Shown: piece after piece, positions 38,265 through 48,595 of the stretch
How the letters are laid out: every line of letters begins with the position of its first letter
Position numbering within the stretch: position 1 is the stretch's first letter
NCBI GenBank assembly: GCA_963752595.1
Contig: CAVVYZ010000016.1
Span: 1 to 64,000 of the forward strand
Reading direction: 5' to 3'
From: an uncultured delta proteobacterium
Lineage (GTDB): Bacteria > Desulfobacterota > Desulfomonilia > UBA1062
DNA: 64,000 bases
The notes under the pieces: model-generated
The model's input: the letters and a program-made list of their open reading frames with translations, nothing else
Told to the model about the DNA's origin: nothing
The model's database searches: none
Program-made: the position numbers and the translations under genes

Positions 38265-40679
38265 CTACTTCTTTCCCTTGTCAGGATTGATGATGATCGT
38301 CTCTGCCAGAGAGTCGTCTTCCTTGAAAGGCTCGCTCTTCTTTTCCTCTTTCTTCATGTCCGGCATGCCGGTTCCGGCTCCGGGAATCTTCTTTCCCGCG
38401 CCCGAAATCGGGCTCATGATGACCGTCTCCGGGATATCGTCCTCGGGCTCGGGCCGGGTACGGCCCTTTTCCGTTTCCCTCGTCAGCGGTTTATCATTGG
38501 CTGCCGGGGCTGAACCCATGATCACGGTTTCCGGGACATCCTCCACGGTTCCGTGGCCGGTTTTCATGATTACGGTCTCTTCCGGGCTCTCTTCCTGCTT
38601 GCCCGGGGACGACCCCATAATGACCGTCTCCGCAATCTCTTCCGGCTTCTTTGCCTGCGTGAGGATGACGCTCTTCGGCGACTGGCCGGCCTTCATATCT
38701 CCCATCAGGGTACGGACATGGTCGGCGGTAAGAACAATGGTCTCGTGGGAATCTTCCAGGCCGGTGTCCTTTGTTACGCTCTCTGCACACTCCTCGGGAG
38801 GAGCATGCATGACTACGGTCTTCTCACCATCCTGGTCGAGCGGGACTTCGACCCTGAACTGCTCCGGTGGAGAGGGGGATATGATCATGGTTTCTCCGCC
38901 GTCTTCTCCTGCCCTCCCCTCTCCTGTGGCTGCTCTTCCCTCTTCCGGCATCGCTCGCACTTTAGTAATCACCGGTGCCGGCTGCTCCGGAGGAGCCGCC
39001 GTATCATGGCCGGTATCTCCGGGCGCTTTTTCTTGCATGGTTTCATACGATACGATGATGTCTTCAAGGATTGAGCTGATGGCCTTTTCCGGGGACTTCG
39101 CCGTGCTTTCTCCGGCACCCGGCGCGTGGCTGAACAGCTCCTGCTTTACCGTGTCCCTTAAGAAGTCGATGTCCTCCAGGAAAGCCGGGGCTGAAAATGC
39201 GGAATCCGGCTTCATGCCGTTTGCCAGCAGAGACCATCCGAGGTCCAGGGCCTTCTGCCAGAGCGCGGCCCATTCCTCACGGACCGTCGACCTGTCGGGG
39301 TTCCAGAAGATGTCTGCAGGATCAAAGATATGCTCGCCATTTATTCGTGCGAATCCGGCAGACCCTTGCTCCGGGGACGCAAGCAGGGAATTTATCCTCT
39401 CAGAAAGTGCTTTGCTGATATCGGAAGCCCCCTGGAGGTTGTTCGCGGCAAGGACCTGGAACCACAGGAGGCCGAGCATGTACGTTCCGTAGGAGGGCGG
39501 CATTGCGGGCAGGGCCGTCTCCCCCATCTCGATGATCTCGAGCGAGAAGTTCCAGAAGAACGGCAATCCGCTCTGTTGCTGCTGCAAGCTCACCCACAGC
39601 CTGTCCGCAGACCCGGCGAGATCCGGATAGCGGCATGCATTGGTTCCCGTAAGGACGATTTTTGAAAGCTGCGCGAGGAAGGCGCACTTAAGATAGAGGA
39701 TTTCGAGGAATCTCCTCTCGTCCTGAGTGAAAAACAGGTGCTGCCCTGTTGAGAGTGAAGGGGCAAGCGCTTTGACCGAGAGCAGCCTGCCCGTCTCGTT
39801 GTTCCCGTTCAATCGGGTTTTGAGCTCGCTGCCGGCGGCGCCTGAAAGCAGGGCGAGGAAATCAAAGGCATTGACCGTACCCGGCTCTAATACGAGCAGG
39901 AAGAAGGGGTAAAACGAAAACGGCACAATCCTCTGCCCGGCCAGTCCTTTGCTTTCATAACATTCCCTGCGGGTTGGACACGTTGTGCAGGGGAAGGATT
40001 CAGGGGGAGCGTCCTTGCCCATGAGCATTCCGAAATCCTTCACCAGTGCATGCCGGCCCTTTACCTTGGCCGGCTCGGTCCCCGCAGGGGCACTTGCGTA
40101 GAAATCAGTCGAACCCTTCTGCGAGAGGCACGAAGGGCAGTACAGGTAGCGGTTTAAAGATGAGGAGTAGGCTTTGAGCCCGTTTTCCTTCAGCACTGCA
40201 TCATCGCGGCAGAGTATAAGATCGTTGCCGCAGAAAGGGCACGGCGGGTGGAAAAACGTTTCTGTGGCGCGGCAGTAGAATAATGATGAAAACGGGATGA
40301 GGCTGCCGTCTTCGCCCACCTGCCCCTGCAGGGTGATGAGCGAGTCGCCTTTCTTCCGGAAGACTCTCTGCCAGCTTTCCTCCACGAGAAGATTTGTCAT
40401 GGGTACGATGCCGCCGGTACTCATGGAATACGCATCTTTCGAGACCAGGAGGAATAGCTGCTTTACCGGCCGGGAGCCGCCGCTTTTGACCTGTGCTGCA
40501 ATGATGCGGGTAAACGGCCCTGATTCACTGACAACCGCAAAGGGAGACCGGGGCTGTTCTTCGTCCGGCCGGTCATCGTTCATGCGTGATACGCTTAAGC
40601 GGAAGCCCGGATGAGCGGGCAGCAGATATGGCAGCAATGTTGGGTATGCGGGTGTATGGTCCATCGTCATCCTCTCCAC
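38265..40679 (-). CDS. Large hypothetical protein: Cys-rich (Zn-binding) N-terminus, degenerate kinase-like middle, Thr-motif repeat tail
   Basis: CPFC, CPSC and CTTC motifs; YPDLAGSADRLWV and SYGTYMLGLLWFQVL; repeated ETVIM-type motifs. First gene of the T6SS operon. Confidence 0.75.
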   Translation of the reverse strand: MERMTMDHTPAYPTLLPYLLPAHPGFRLSVSRMNDDRPDEEQPRSPFAVVSESGPFTRIIAAQVKSGGSRPVKQLFLLVSKDAYSMSTGGIVPMTNLLVEESWQRVFRKKGDSLITLQGQVGEDGSLIPFSSLFYCRATETFFHPPCPFCGNDLILCRDDAVLKENGLKAYSSSLNRYLYCPSCLSQKGSTDFYASAPAGTEPAKVKGRHALVKDFGMLMGKDAPPESFPCTTCPTRRECYESKGLAGQRIVPFSFYPFFLLVLEPGTVNAFDFLALLSGAAGSELKTRLNGNNETGRLLSVKALAPSLSTGQHLFFTQDERRFLEILYLKCAFLAQLSKIVLTGTNACRYPDLAGSADRLWVSLQQQQSGLPFFWNFSLEIIEMGETALPAMPPSYGTYMLGLLWFQVLAANNLQGASDISKALSERINSLLASPEQGSAGFARINGEHIFDPADIFWNPDRSTVREEWAALWQKALDLGWSLLANGMKPDSAFSAPAFLEDIDFLRDTVKQELFSHAPGAGESTAKSPEKAISSILEDIIVSYETMQEKAPGDTGHDTAAPPEQPAPVITKVRAMPEEGRAATGEGRAGEDGGETMIISPSPPEQFRVEVPLDQDGEKTVVMHAPPEECAESVTKDTGLEDSHETIVLTADHVRTLMGDMKAGQSPKSVILTQAKKPEEIAETVIMGSSPGKQEESPEETVIMKTGHGTVEDVPETVIMGSAPAANDKPLTRETEKGRTRPEPEDDIPETVIMSPISGAGKKIPGAGTGMPDMKKEEKKSEPFKEDDSLAETIIINPDKGKK

Positions 40680-41129
40680 ATAAGACCGGCGTCAATACAG
40701 GCAGAACCTGCAGACTTCGAACCGAGGCCGCGGAAGATCTGCTTAAATGCATGGTTCTTCACCCGCAAGACGGGCATCATGCTATTCATTCGCATAAACC
40801 TGCGTATCCAATGAAAACCCCCGGGGGCTAAGCTTAAATTCCAAAGATCTCTTCTCGGAAAGGCAGCAGCTAAAATTGAGGGTGAGTGGAGCGTTTTTTT
40901 CAGCATCCGCCGCATGGCCGGATGCCTGCCCGGATGGGATCATGGATACAATGCTCCGCTCTCCAGGGTGAAAATCTCATGGAAGTAGTTGTCTTGAAAG
41001 GTATCAATTTTTATGCGCCACACTCATTCACATTCAATCATCATATTCGATGCCCGAAAAGATCCCTGTTTCTTGCAATTACTTTGTTTTTGTATATAGC
41101 AATTTCCCAAGACAGGTACAAGCGTATAT

Positions 41130-42641
41130 TTATGAAAATTCTGAGTATTTTATAAAATTCCGGGCAATTTCAGGGGAGTATTCAACCCGGCACCTCTTCC
41201 CCACCATCTCGGTGCGTTCCATGGCAAGGAGCTCATCCGGTTGTGCATCGACATGCGCCAGGGCTCTGCTCCCATCGGAAAGCCTCCCGATCACGGTCCC
41301 GCTCACCGGTTCACCCTTGCTGCCGTGCCTGATCACATAGGCCTCGATCGCGAGCTCGCCTTGAGCCTTCTCGACAGGCTCGGGCAGGGCCGCTGCGTCG
41401 ATCTTGTGCTGGATAAGGGAATCATCCCTCCCGGTCCAGGGATTGACAGGAGGTTCGCCGCCGTAGACGCCGATGGAATGCTTGGTGATGTACCAGCCGT
41501 TCGCCGTGACCATGGCCTTCCTGGATCTGTTCAGCCTGATCGCATCCGCAGCAGAGGCGATTGCATGCAGCGAATAGTTGTTCCCCGGCCCGCCGAAGAA
41601 TGCGAGCCCTCCGGTGAGGCTCAAGGGTCTCGGGTCGTCCTCGGCAATGCCGATCTCTTTCATGGCGATCTCCACCGCAGACGGAAAGCAGCTGTAGAGG
41701 TCGAAAATATCGATGTCGTCAAGCCTCAACCCGGCCTGGGACAGGGCCAGCTGCGAGGCGTTCCTGATAGCAGGGGAGGAATCGAGCCTGGGCCTCCGGG
41801 AGACGTTCCATATATCGTTGAAATCTGCACCGCCGAGGGGATAGACCCATTTGTCACGACCGATCCCGAGCTCTTCCGCGACCTCGCTCGTGGTCAGGAG
41901 CACGGCCGCTGCCTGGTCCACATTGATATTCGCATTCATGTGCTTGGTATAGGGGTAGCTGATGTAGCGGTTCTCCGGCGTCACTTCCGCGATCTCCGCC
42001 GCACTTATGGGCTTCCGTATCCAGGCATGGGGATTCCCGGCTGCAGCCTGAGAGAGCTTTTCCCAGAGCCTTGCCATGTAACGCCTGTGCTCGTCAGGGC
42101 TCCTGCCGGAAGCCCCCCGGATGGCGGTCTCGAAGAGGGGGTACATCACTGAGGGAAAGAAAAGGTCATAGCCGGCCTCGATATTGCTGACGCCAGGGAC
42201 CTCCGTACCGTCGATGCACTCGGGAGGCTTGCTCTCCGGCCAGTCGAGCGCAATCTCGCCCTTCAGGGCACGGCGGATGGAATAAATCGCCTCCGCCCCG
42301 GTGATCAGAACCGCCCTCGTCCTGCCGGAAGCCAGGACACGGCACGCCCTGTTGACCAGCAGCTGCGGGGTATTACCGCCGATGGGGAGATAGGAGCGCT
42401 CCTTCGGATCGATCCCGAGTTTCCCGCAGAGCATCCCCGGCGCATCCCGGTACGGCCACTGAAAGAGGTTCACCACATGCAGCGTATCGATGATTTCTTT
42501 TATCCCGCTGACACCGGCATCATCGATGGCTTCCCTGCAGACCCGCGCCATGAGGCTCAACGGATCAAGGGGTTTTTCAGCGTTCTTCCTTTGAGTATAT
42601 TGGGAGATGCCTGCAAGGATGGGAGTGTAAATTTTTGACAT
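41130..42641 (-). CDS. Thiolase-like acetyl-CoA acetyltransferase family protein
   Basis: IGGNTPQLLV, YPLFETA, NVDQAAAV, FDLYSCFPSAV, LTGGLAFFGGPGNNY, ANGWYITKH. Confidence 0.88.
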   Translation of the reverse strand: MSKIYTPILAGISQYTQRKNAEKPLDPLSLMARVCREAIDDAGVSGIKEIIDTLHVVNLFQWPYRDAPGMLCGKLGIDPKERSYLPIGGNTPQLLVNRACRVLASGRTRAVLITGAEAIYSIRRALKGEIALDWPESKPPECIDGTEVPGVSNIEAGYDLFFPSVMYPLFETAIRGASGRSPDEHRRYMARLWEKLSQAAAGNPHAWIRKPISAAEIAEVTPENRYISYPYTKHMNANINVDQAAAVLLTTSEVAEELGIGRDKWVYPLGGADFNDIWNVSRRPRLDSSPAIRNASQLALSQAGLRLDDIDIFDLYSCFPSAVEIAMKEIGIAEDDPRPLSLTGGLAFFGGPGNNYSLHAIASAADAIRLNRSRKAMVTANGWYITKHSIGVYGGEPPVNPWTGRDDSLIQHKIDAAALPEPVEKAQGELAIEAYVIRHGSKGEPVSGTVIGRLSDGSRALAHVDAQPDELLAMERTEMVGKRCRVEYSPEIARNFIKYSEFS

Positions 42642-42812
42642 TGTTTGGAAATATAGATTTTTTTTCCGAGCCTGTCAATGAAACTGCAGATCCGTTCCCA
42701 GCAAGAACACGCCGGACCGGCCGCAAAAAACGATCTTCATTTCACTCCCGGAATGGTATATGAAAAGGATCATATAATAAGAATGTATGTTCTCGAGGAT
42801 CTTAACAAAGCC

Positions 42813-44921
42813 ATGCGCATGAAAGATATGATGACACGCTCTTTCGAGAGCCTGAGCCCTGATGACGACTTGAGCACGGTGGCACGGCTTTTCCGGGAGA
42901 CCCGGCTCGAGGCGCTACCCGTGACCGATGCGCGGGACGGCCGCCTCATCGGCATCATGACCAAGGCGAACCTCTATGATGCGGTGGCAAAGGGCATGAC
43001 GCCGGATATGCCCATCCACGATCTCTATTCAACGGATATCCTGAAGCTCGATGAGGACCTTTCCTATGATGAAGTCAAGGAGATCGTGCGCACGAGCCAT
43101 GCAGGCAACGCAATCGTGGTGAATGACCGTGATGAGGTAAAGGGCATCTTCACCAAGGCCGGGTGGATCATGGCCATGCTCAAGCGCGAGACCCAGCTCA
43201 ACAACAACCTCAATGTCATCCTCCAGACCATGCATAACGGCCTCGTTGCCATTGACAGGAAAGGCGCCGTGGTCGAGATCAACAAGGCTGCACAGAAGGC
43301 GCTTTCCGTAGATGGAGAAGAAACCCTCGGCAGGGATGTAACAGAGATCCTGCCCGGCTTGCAGCTCGAGAGCGTCCTCGAAAAGGGGCAGCCCTCGATC
43401 GGACACCTCTTCTCGGCCCATGAGATCAGTCTCCTGTGCAACATCACCCCCATTACCAGGGAAGGCAAGGTCAACGGCGCCATTATCGTGTTCCAGGATG
43501 TGACCGACCTCGTGCTTATCATCACCGAGCTCGAGAGCGTCACGAAGCTCAACCGGACGCTGCAGTCGGTCATGAACCTTGCCTATGACGGGATCATTGT
43601 CGTGGACGAAAAGGGGCTTCTCTCCATGGTGAACAAGGCTGCCGAGAGTTTCCTCCGCAGGAATGCGGGGCTGATCGTGGGAAAGCCGGTGGAAGAGGTC
43701 ATCGAGAATACCCGGATCCACCAGGTCCTCAAGACAGGGGTCCCCGAGATCAACCATCTCCAGTTCATCAGGGGCGTACCCTATGTGGTTTCGTCGCTTC
43801 CCATCATCCGCAAGGGTCAGGTGGTGGGCGCGGTGGGCAAGATCCTGTTCCGCAACCTCGACGAGGTCAAGGATCTTGCCAGGAAGCTCGCCAATGTCGA
43901 CCACGAGGTGTCGTATCAGGGCGGCAGGGATCCCGAAGAGCCTCTTTCCGCAGGAGATTTCGACCATATCGTCACGGCAGACCCTGCGTTCAGGCAGATC
44001 ATCGACGAGGCGGCAATCGTGTCGCGCGGAACCTCGAACATCCTCATCACGGGCGAGAGCGGCACCGGAAAGGAGCTCATCGCCCAGGCCATCCACAAAA
44101 ACAGCAGCAACAGGAACGGCCCGCTGGTCAAGGTCAACTGCGCCGCCATACCGGACAGCCTCATGGAATCCGAATTCTTCGGGTATACTTCAGGTGCGTT
44201 CACCGGCGCACACCGTAGCGGCAAGAAGGGCAAGCTCGCCATGGCGGACGGAGGCACCCTCTTCCTGGACGAGATCGGCGACATGCCCCTGTTCCTGCAG
44301 AGCAAGCTCCTGAGGGTGGTCCAGGATAAGTCCTTCGAGCCTGTCGGCTCGAACAAACCCCAGAAGATCGATGTGAGGTTCATAGCGGCCACCAACCAGG
44401 ACATCGAGGAGATGGTAGTCCAGGGCGGGTTCCGCTCGGATCTCTTCTACCGCCTCAACGTCATACACCTGCACATACCCCCTCTACGGGAAAGGCGGCA
44501 GGACATCAGCCTGCTGGTCCAGTATTTCCTGGAGAAGTACAACCGCATCTTCGGCACGTGTGCGCGGGACATCTCACCCGAGGTGCGCGAGGTCTTCCTC
44601 GACCACGACTGGCCGGGGAATGTCCGCGAGCTGGAAAATGTCATCGAGCGGGGAATAAACTTTGCGAGGGGCACGACAATAGAAAAGCAGGACCTGCCGC
44701 ACTATTTGCGTGACCGTGCAAAGCCTGCACCTCATCCACAGAAAGTTTATCGGAAAAATCAGGGGCTGAAGCCCAGCCGCGAAGACCATGAGAAAGAGCT
44801 CGTGCTGGATGCCTTGAGGCAGGCAGGCGGAAACAAGGCCGAAGCAGCCAGGATTCTCGGCATCAGCAGATCTTGGCTCTATGAGAAGATGACCAAAATC
44901 GGGATTTCTTCCCGGAGTTAG
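42813..44921 (+). CDS. Sigma54-dependent enhancer-binding protein with CBS pair and two PAS domains
   Basis: GESGTGKE, ESEFFGY..GAFTGA, LFLDEIGDM, FRSDLFYRLNV, WPGNVREL; Fis-type HTH. Start uncertain (42678-42819). Confidence 0.92.
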   Translation: MRMKDMMTRSFESLSPDDDLSTVARLFRETRLEALPVTDARDGRLIGIMTKANLYDAVAKGMTPDMPIHDLYSTDILKLDEDLSYDEVKEIVRTSHAGNAIVVNDRDEVKGIFTKAGWIMAMLKRETQLNNNLNVILQTMHNGLVAIDRKGAVVEINKAAQKALSVDGEETLGRDVTEILPGLQLESVLEKGQPSIGHLFSAHEISLLCNITPITREGKVNGAIIVFQDVTDLVLIITELESVTKLNRTLQSVMNLAYDGIIVVDEKGLLSMVNKAAESFLRRNAGLIVGKPVEEVIENTRIHQVLKTGVPEINHLQFIRGVPYVVSSLPIIRKGQVVGAVGKILFRNLDEVKDLARKLANVDHEVSYQGGRDPEEPLSAGDFDHIVTADPAFRQIIDEAAIVSRGTSNILITGESGTGKELIAQAIHKNSSNRNGPLVKVNCAAIPDSLMESEFFGYTSGAFTGAHRSGKKGKLAMADGGTLFLDEIGDMPLFLQSKLLRVVQDKSFEPVGSNKPQKIDVRFIAATNQDIEEMVVQGGFRSDLFYRLNVIHLHIPPLRERRQDISLLVQYFLEKYNRIFGTCARDISPEVREVFLDHDWPGNVRELENVIERGINFARGTTIEKQDLPHYLRDRAKPAPHPQKVYRKNQGLKPSREDHEKELVLDALRQAGGNKAEAARILGISRSWLYEKMTKIGISSRS

Positions 44922-44980
44922 CCTCTCCGTTCGCGTCACCTCATCCGCTTGAGGGCCGAATGATCGAAAGGGCGGACACC

Positions 44981-45017
44981 TGTCCGTAATCCCTGACAAT
45001 TTCCGGGATACCGGACA
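44981..45017. promoter_or_regulatory. Putative enhancer (UAS): two tandem imperfect T(G/T)TCCG-N6-C(G/T)GACA dyads
   Basis: tgtccgtaatccctgaca and tttccgggataccggaca, about 60-90 bp upstream of the sigma54 promoter with an AT-rich spacer. Confidence 0.55.
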
Positions 45018-45072
45018 CATACCCTTATTGCTTTGTATTATTATAATACGATAAACGCTGGATCTTCCCTAC

Positions 45073-45088
45073 TGGCATGCCTGTTGCT
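45073..45088 (+). promoter_or_regulatory. Sigma54 (-24/-12) promoter
   Basis: TGGCATG-CCTG-TTGCT matches TGGCACG-N4-TTGCW; adjacent to an EBP gene. Confidence 0.85.
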
Positions 45089-45160
45089 CATATATCACGG
45101 ACGTGCAGCCCTTCAGGTGTGGGGGGATGAGCGACACTACTTTATCAGGAGGTTTCATCA

Positions 45161-47056
45161 ATGTTCAAGTCGTATGAGGACGCGTACAAGCGTTCTTTGG
45201 AAGACAAGGAAGGTTTCTGGAGCATAGCGGCCGGGGCGATTCAGTGGGACAAGAAGTGGGACAAGGTGCTGGACGACTCCAAGGCACCGATCTACCGGTG
45301 GTTCACGGGGGGCAGGCTGAACACCTGCTACAACGCCGTTGACTACCACGTGGAAAACGGCAGGAAGGACCAGGTTGCCATCATCTATGACTCCCCGGTC
45401 ACGAACACGATCCGCACGATCACCTATGGGGAGCTGCTCGGGGAGGTTTCCCTGTTCGCGGGAGTGCTCAAATCCCTGGGCGTGAACAAGGGCGACCGCG
45501 TTGTCATCTACATGCCCATGATCCCCGAGGCGGCCGTAGCCATGCTCGCCTGCGCGCGGATCGGCGCGATCCATTCGCTGGTGTTCGGCGGGTTCGCACC
45601 CAACGAGCTCGCGGTAAGGATCGAGGATGCCAAGCCGAAGGTCATGCTGTCCGCATCGTGCGGGATCGAGCCCAAGGGCGCCATCCCCTACAAGCCGCTG
45701 CTGGACAAGGCCATCGAGCTTTCGAGCCACAAGCCGGAAAAATGCGTGATCTACCAGAGGCCGCAGGCCAAGGCGGATCTTACCCCGGGCAGGGATATCG
45801 ACTGGCAGGACGCCATCAAAGGGGCCAAACCGGCAGGCTGCGTGATCGTAGAGGCAACCGACCCGCTTTATATCCTCTATACATCGGGCACGACAGGAAT
45901 CCCCAAAGGTGTCGTCCGGGACAACGGCGGACACGCCGTGGCCTTGAAGTGGACCATGAAGCACATCTACGGCGTGGAGCCTGGAGACGTGTACTGGGCG
46001 GCGTCGGACGTGGGCTGGGTGGTCGGCCACTCGTACATCATCTATGCACCGCTGCTCTACGGGTGCACGACCATCATGTACGAGGGGAAACCCGTGGGCA
46101 CCCCTGATCCGGGCGCGTTCTGGCGGGTGGTTTCCCAGCACAAGGTCAAGGTGCTCTTCACCGCTCCCACGGCGTTTCGGGCCATCAAGAAGGAAGACCC
46201 GACAGGTTCCTACCTGGGAAAATACGACATTTCCTGTCTGAAATATCTGTTCCTTGCAGGCGAACGGCTCGACCCCGATACCTACCACTGGGCCGGCGAC
46301 ATGCTGAAAATCCCGGTCGTGGACCACTGGTGGCAGACAGAGACCGGATGGGCCATTGCCGCGAACTGCATGGGCATTGAGGAGCTGCCCATCAAACCGG
46401 GTTCCCCCACGAAGCCTGCGCCGGGCTACGATGTGAGGATCATGAACGACAACGGAAAAGAAATGGAGAACGGCGGTGAGGGCGTCATCGGGATCAGGCT
46501 CCCGCTGCCCCCCGGCTGCCTCCCCACCTTATGGCAGAGAGACGATGCCTACATCAGCTCATACTTGAGCGACTATCCGGGATACTACGCCACGGGCGAC
46601 GGCGGGTACAAGGACGCTGACGGCTACATGTACATCATGGGCAGGGTCGACGACATCATCAACGTTGCCGGCCACAGGCTCTCGACCGGAGGCATGGAAG
46701 AGGTCGTAGCAAAACATCCCAATGTCGCCGAGTGCGCTGTCATAGGGGTCGAAGACCAGCTCAAGGGGCAGGTGCCCGTTGGCTTCGTAGTCCTCAAGGC
46801 CGGTGTCACCAAGGCCGAGCAGGAGATCCAGAAAGAGGTCGTGGGCATGGTCCGAAACGAAATCGGGGCTTTAGCCTGCCTGAAGGATATCACCGTGGTC
46901 AAGCGCCTGCCCAAGACCAGGAGCGGCAAGATCCTGCGGGCGACCATGCGCAAGATCGCGGACGGCCAGAAGTTCACGGTGCCTTCAACGATCGAAGACC
47001 CGGCGGTGCTCGGTGAGATCGAGACTGCATTGAAGGAGATCGGCTATCCCAAATGA
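45161..47056 (+). CDS. prpE: Propionyl-CoA synthetase / acetate-CoA ligase
   Basis: YILYTSGTTGIPKGVVRDNGG, DHWWQTETG, TGDGG, NVAGHRLSTG, LPKTRSGKILR. Confidence 0.88.
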   Translation: MFKSYEDAYKRSLEDKEGFWSIAAGAIQWDKKWDKVLDDSKAPIYRWFTGGRLNTCYNAVDYHVENGRKDQVAIIYDSPVTNTIRTITYGELLGEVSLFAGVLKSLGVNKGDRVVIYMPMIPEAAVAMLACARIGAIHSLVFGGFAPNELAVRIEDAKPKVMLSASCGIEPKGAIPYKPLLDKAIELSSHKPEKCVIYQRPQAKADLTPGRDIDWQDAIKGAKPAGCVIVEATDPLYILYTSGTTGIPKGVVRDNGGHAVALKWTMKHIYGVEPGDVYWAASDVGWVVGHSYIIYAPLLYGCTTIMYEGKPVGTPDPGAFWRVVSQHKVKVLFTAPTAFRAIKKEDPTGSYLGKYDISCLKYLFLAGERLDPDTYHWAGDMLKIPVVDHWWQTETGWAIAANCMGIEELPIKPGSPTKPAPGYDVRIMNDNGKEMENGGEGVIGIRLPLPPGCLPTLWQRDDAYISSYLSDYPGYYATGDGGYKDADGYMYIMGRVDDIINVAGHRLSTGGMEEVVAKHPNVAECAVIGVEDQLKGQVPVGFVVLKAGVTKAEQEIQKEVVGMVRNEIGALACLKDITVVKRLPKTRSGKILRATMRKIADGQKFTVPSTIEDPAVLGEIETALKEIGYPK

Positions 47057-47066
47057 CAGCTTGGAA

Positions 47067-47096
47067 GGGGGCAGGCATGCCCTGCCCCCAATGTTT
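47067..47096 (+). terminator. Rho-independent terminator
   Basis: gggggcagg-catgc-cctgccccc followed by aatgtttt. Confidence 0.55.
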
Positions 47097-47258
47097 TAAG
47101 ATTAAAGCGACTCCTTAAGATACGGCTATCCCTTCATCCTGCCGGATAAGGGGTAGTTCAAGCCTTCTTTCGTTTCAGCGCCGGAGTTTCTTTCTTTCAC
47201 AAAAAAAACAGGCTTTGGGGAACTATACCCTAAGGCACCTGACATAAAGGAGAATACA

Positions 47259-48527
47259 ATGCAGAGTGCAGAGAAGATAGCAACAGAAGTACCGGGTGAG
47301 ATCATAAAAACCATGCCGAGGGGCATACCGCTCATCGGAGGCATCCTGGGAAGCACGATGTGCGGGCTGCTGCTGTACGCGTGGAGCGTGTTCATCAAAC
47401 CCTTAAGCGCCGAGTTCGGCTGGACAAGGGCCGAGATCGCCATGGCCTTTGCCGTCTGCGCGCTTACCTTCGGCCTCACGACATTCATCGCAGGCAAACT
47501 GAGCGATAAGTACGGGCCGCGGGGTGTGGTGCTCGTCGGCTCCATCATCCTGAGCATCGGGTTCGTGCTCTCCGGGTTCATTCAGACCAAGGGCCAGCTC
47601 TACATTACCTATGGACTGATTTCAGGTTTCGGCGGCGGGCTCGTATATCTTCCGCCCATCGCAACCGCACCGAAGTGGTGGCCCGACAGGAGAGCCCTCG
47701 CAACAGGCTTTGCCGTGGTGGGGCTGGGCCTGGGCTCATTTATCATGGCGCCGCTGGCCACTGCAATCATCACCAATCCCAACCTCGGCTGGCGGTATGT
47801 GTTCATCTACGTGGGAATTGCCATGGGCATCATGGGCATCATCTCCGCATTCTGCCTCGATGTACCGCCTGCAGGATGGAAGCCGGCCGGCTACAATCCA
47901 CCTGCGCCGTCTACAAGCAACCCCGGACAGAGACTTCGAGACTATACCTTCAATGAAACCATCAGGTCGCCCCAGTTCTGGTTCCTGTATATTGCCTACT
48001 TCTGCGGCTGCTTTGCAGGGCTCATGGTTATCGGCCATATTGCAGGCCACGGGAGAGATGCCGGGCTCCTGCCCATGCAGGCTGCCGCTGCGGTGAGCAC
48101 CCTGGCGATATTCAATGCGGCGACGCGCATCCTGATCGGGGCCATTGCCGACAAGATCGGCACCAAGGGCTCGTTCGTCGGCATCTTCATTCTCCAGGTG
48201 GCAGCCATGACGCTATTATATCCTGCCGGGTCCTCGGCAGTGCTCCTGGCGGCGGTAGCCGCACTCATCGGATGGAATTACGGAGCCATGTTCACCCTGT
48301 TCCCCGCCACCTGCCTCCAGTATTACGGCCCGACGTCCCAGGGCTCCAACTACGGCCTGCTTTTCACCTCATTCGGCCTTGCCGGATTTCTGGGCCCCTG
48401 GATCGGCGGCCTGCTCAAAGACACGACCGGGACGTACTATGCACCGTTTCTCGTCGGCGCAGCGATGGTGACGATTTCAGTCGCCATTACCGCTTTCATC
48501 AAACAGCCGGAGAGGAAACCGCTATAA
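47259..48527 (+). CDS. MFS transporter, OFA (oxalate/formate, monocarboxylate) family
   Basis: About 12 TM segments; [41 protein letters not shown]. Confidence 0.9.
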   Translation: MQSAEKIATEVPGEIIKTMPRGIPLIGGILGSTMCGLLLYAWSVFIKPLSAEFGWTRAEIAMAFAVCALTFGLTTFIAGKLSDKYGPRGVVLVGSIILSIGFVLSGFIQTKGQLYITYGLISGFGGGLVYLPPIATAPKWWPDRRALATGFAVVGLGLGSFIMAPLATAIITNPNLGWRYVFIYVGIAMGIMGIISAFCLDVPPAGWKPAGYNPPAPSTSNPGQRLRDYTFNETIRSPQFWFLYIAYFCGCFAGLMVIGHIAGHGRDAGLLPMQAAAAVSTLAIFNAATRILIGAIADKIGTKGSFVGIFILQVAAMTLLYPAGSSAVLLAAVAALIGWNYGAMFTLFPATCLQYYGPTSQGSNYGLLFTSFGLAGFLGPWIGGLLKDTTGTYYAPFLVGAAMVTISVAITAFIKQPERKPL

Positions 48528-48542
48528 AGAAATCATTTTGAA

Positions 48543-48595
48543 GAGCTTTCCCGGCGGCCTGGATTTACTGATTATGATGGCTGCCGGGAAAGCTC
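48543..48595. terminator. Hairpin after the MFS gene
   Basis: gagctttcccggcggcc...ggctgccgggaaagctc. Confidence 0.5.

Noticed and set aside
40680-41120. Cyclic-dinucleotide riboswitch or sigma54 promoter upstream of the T6SS operon
   Set aside because: No GEMM consensus found by eye, and the best -24/-12 candidate (GG-N10-GA) lacks the conserved GC.
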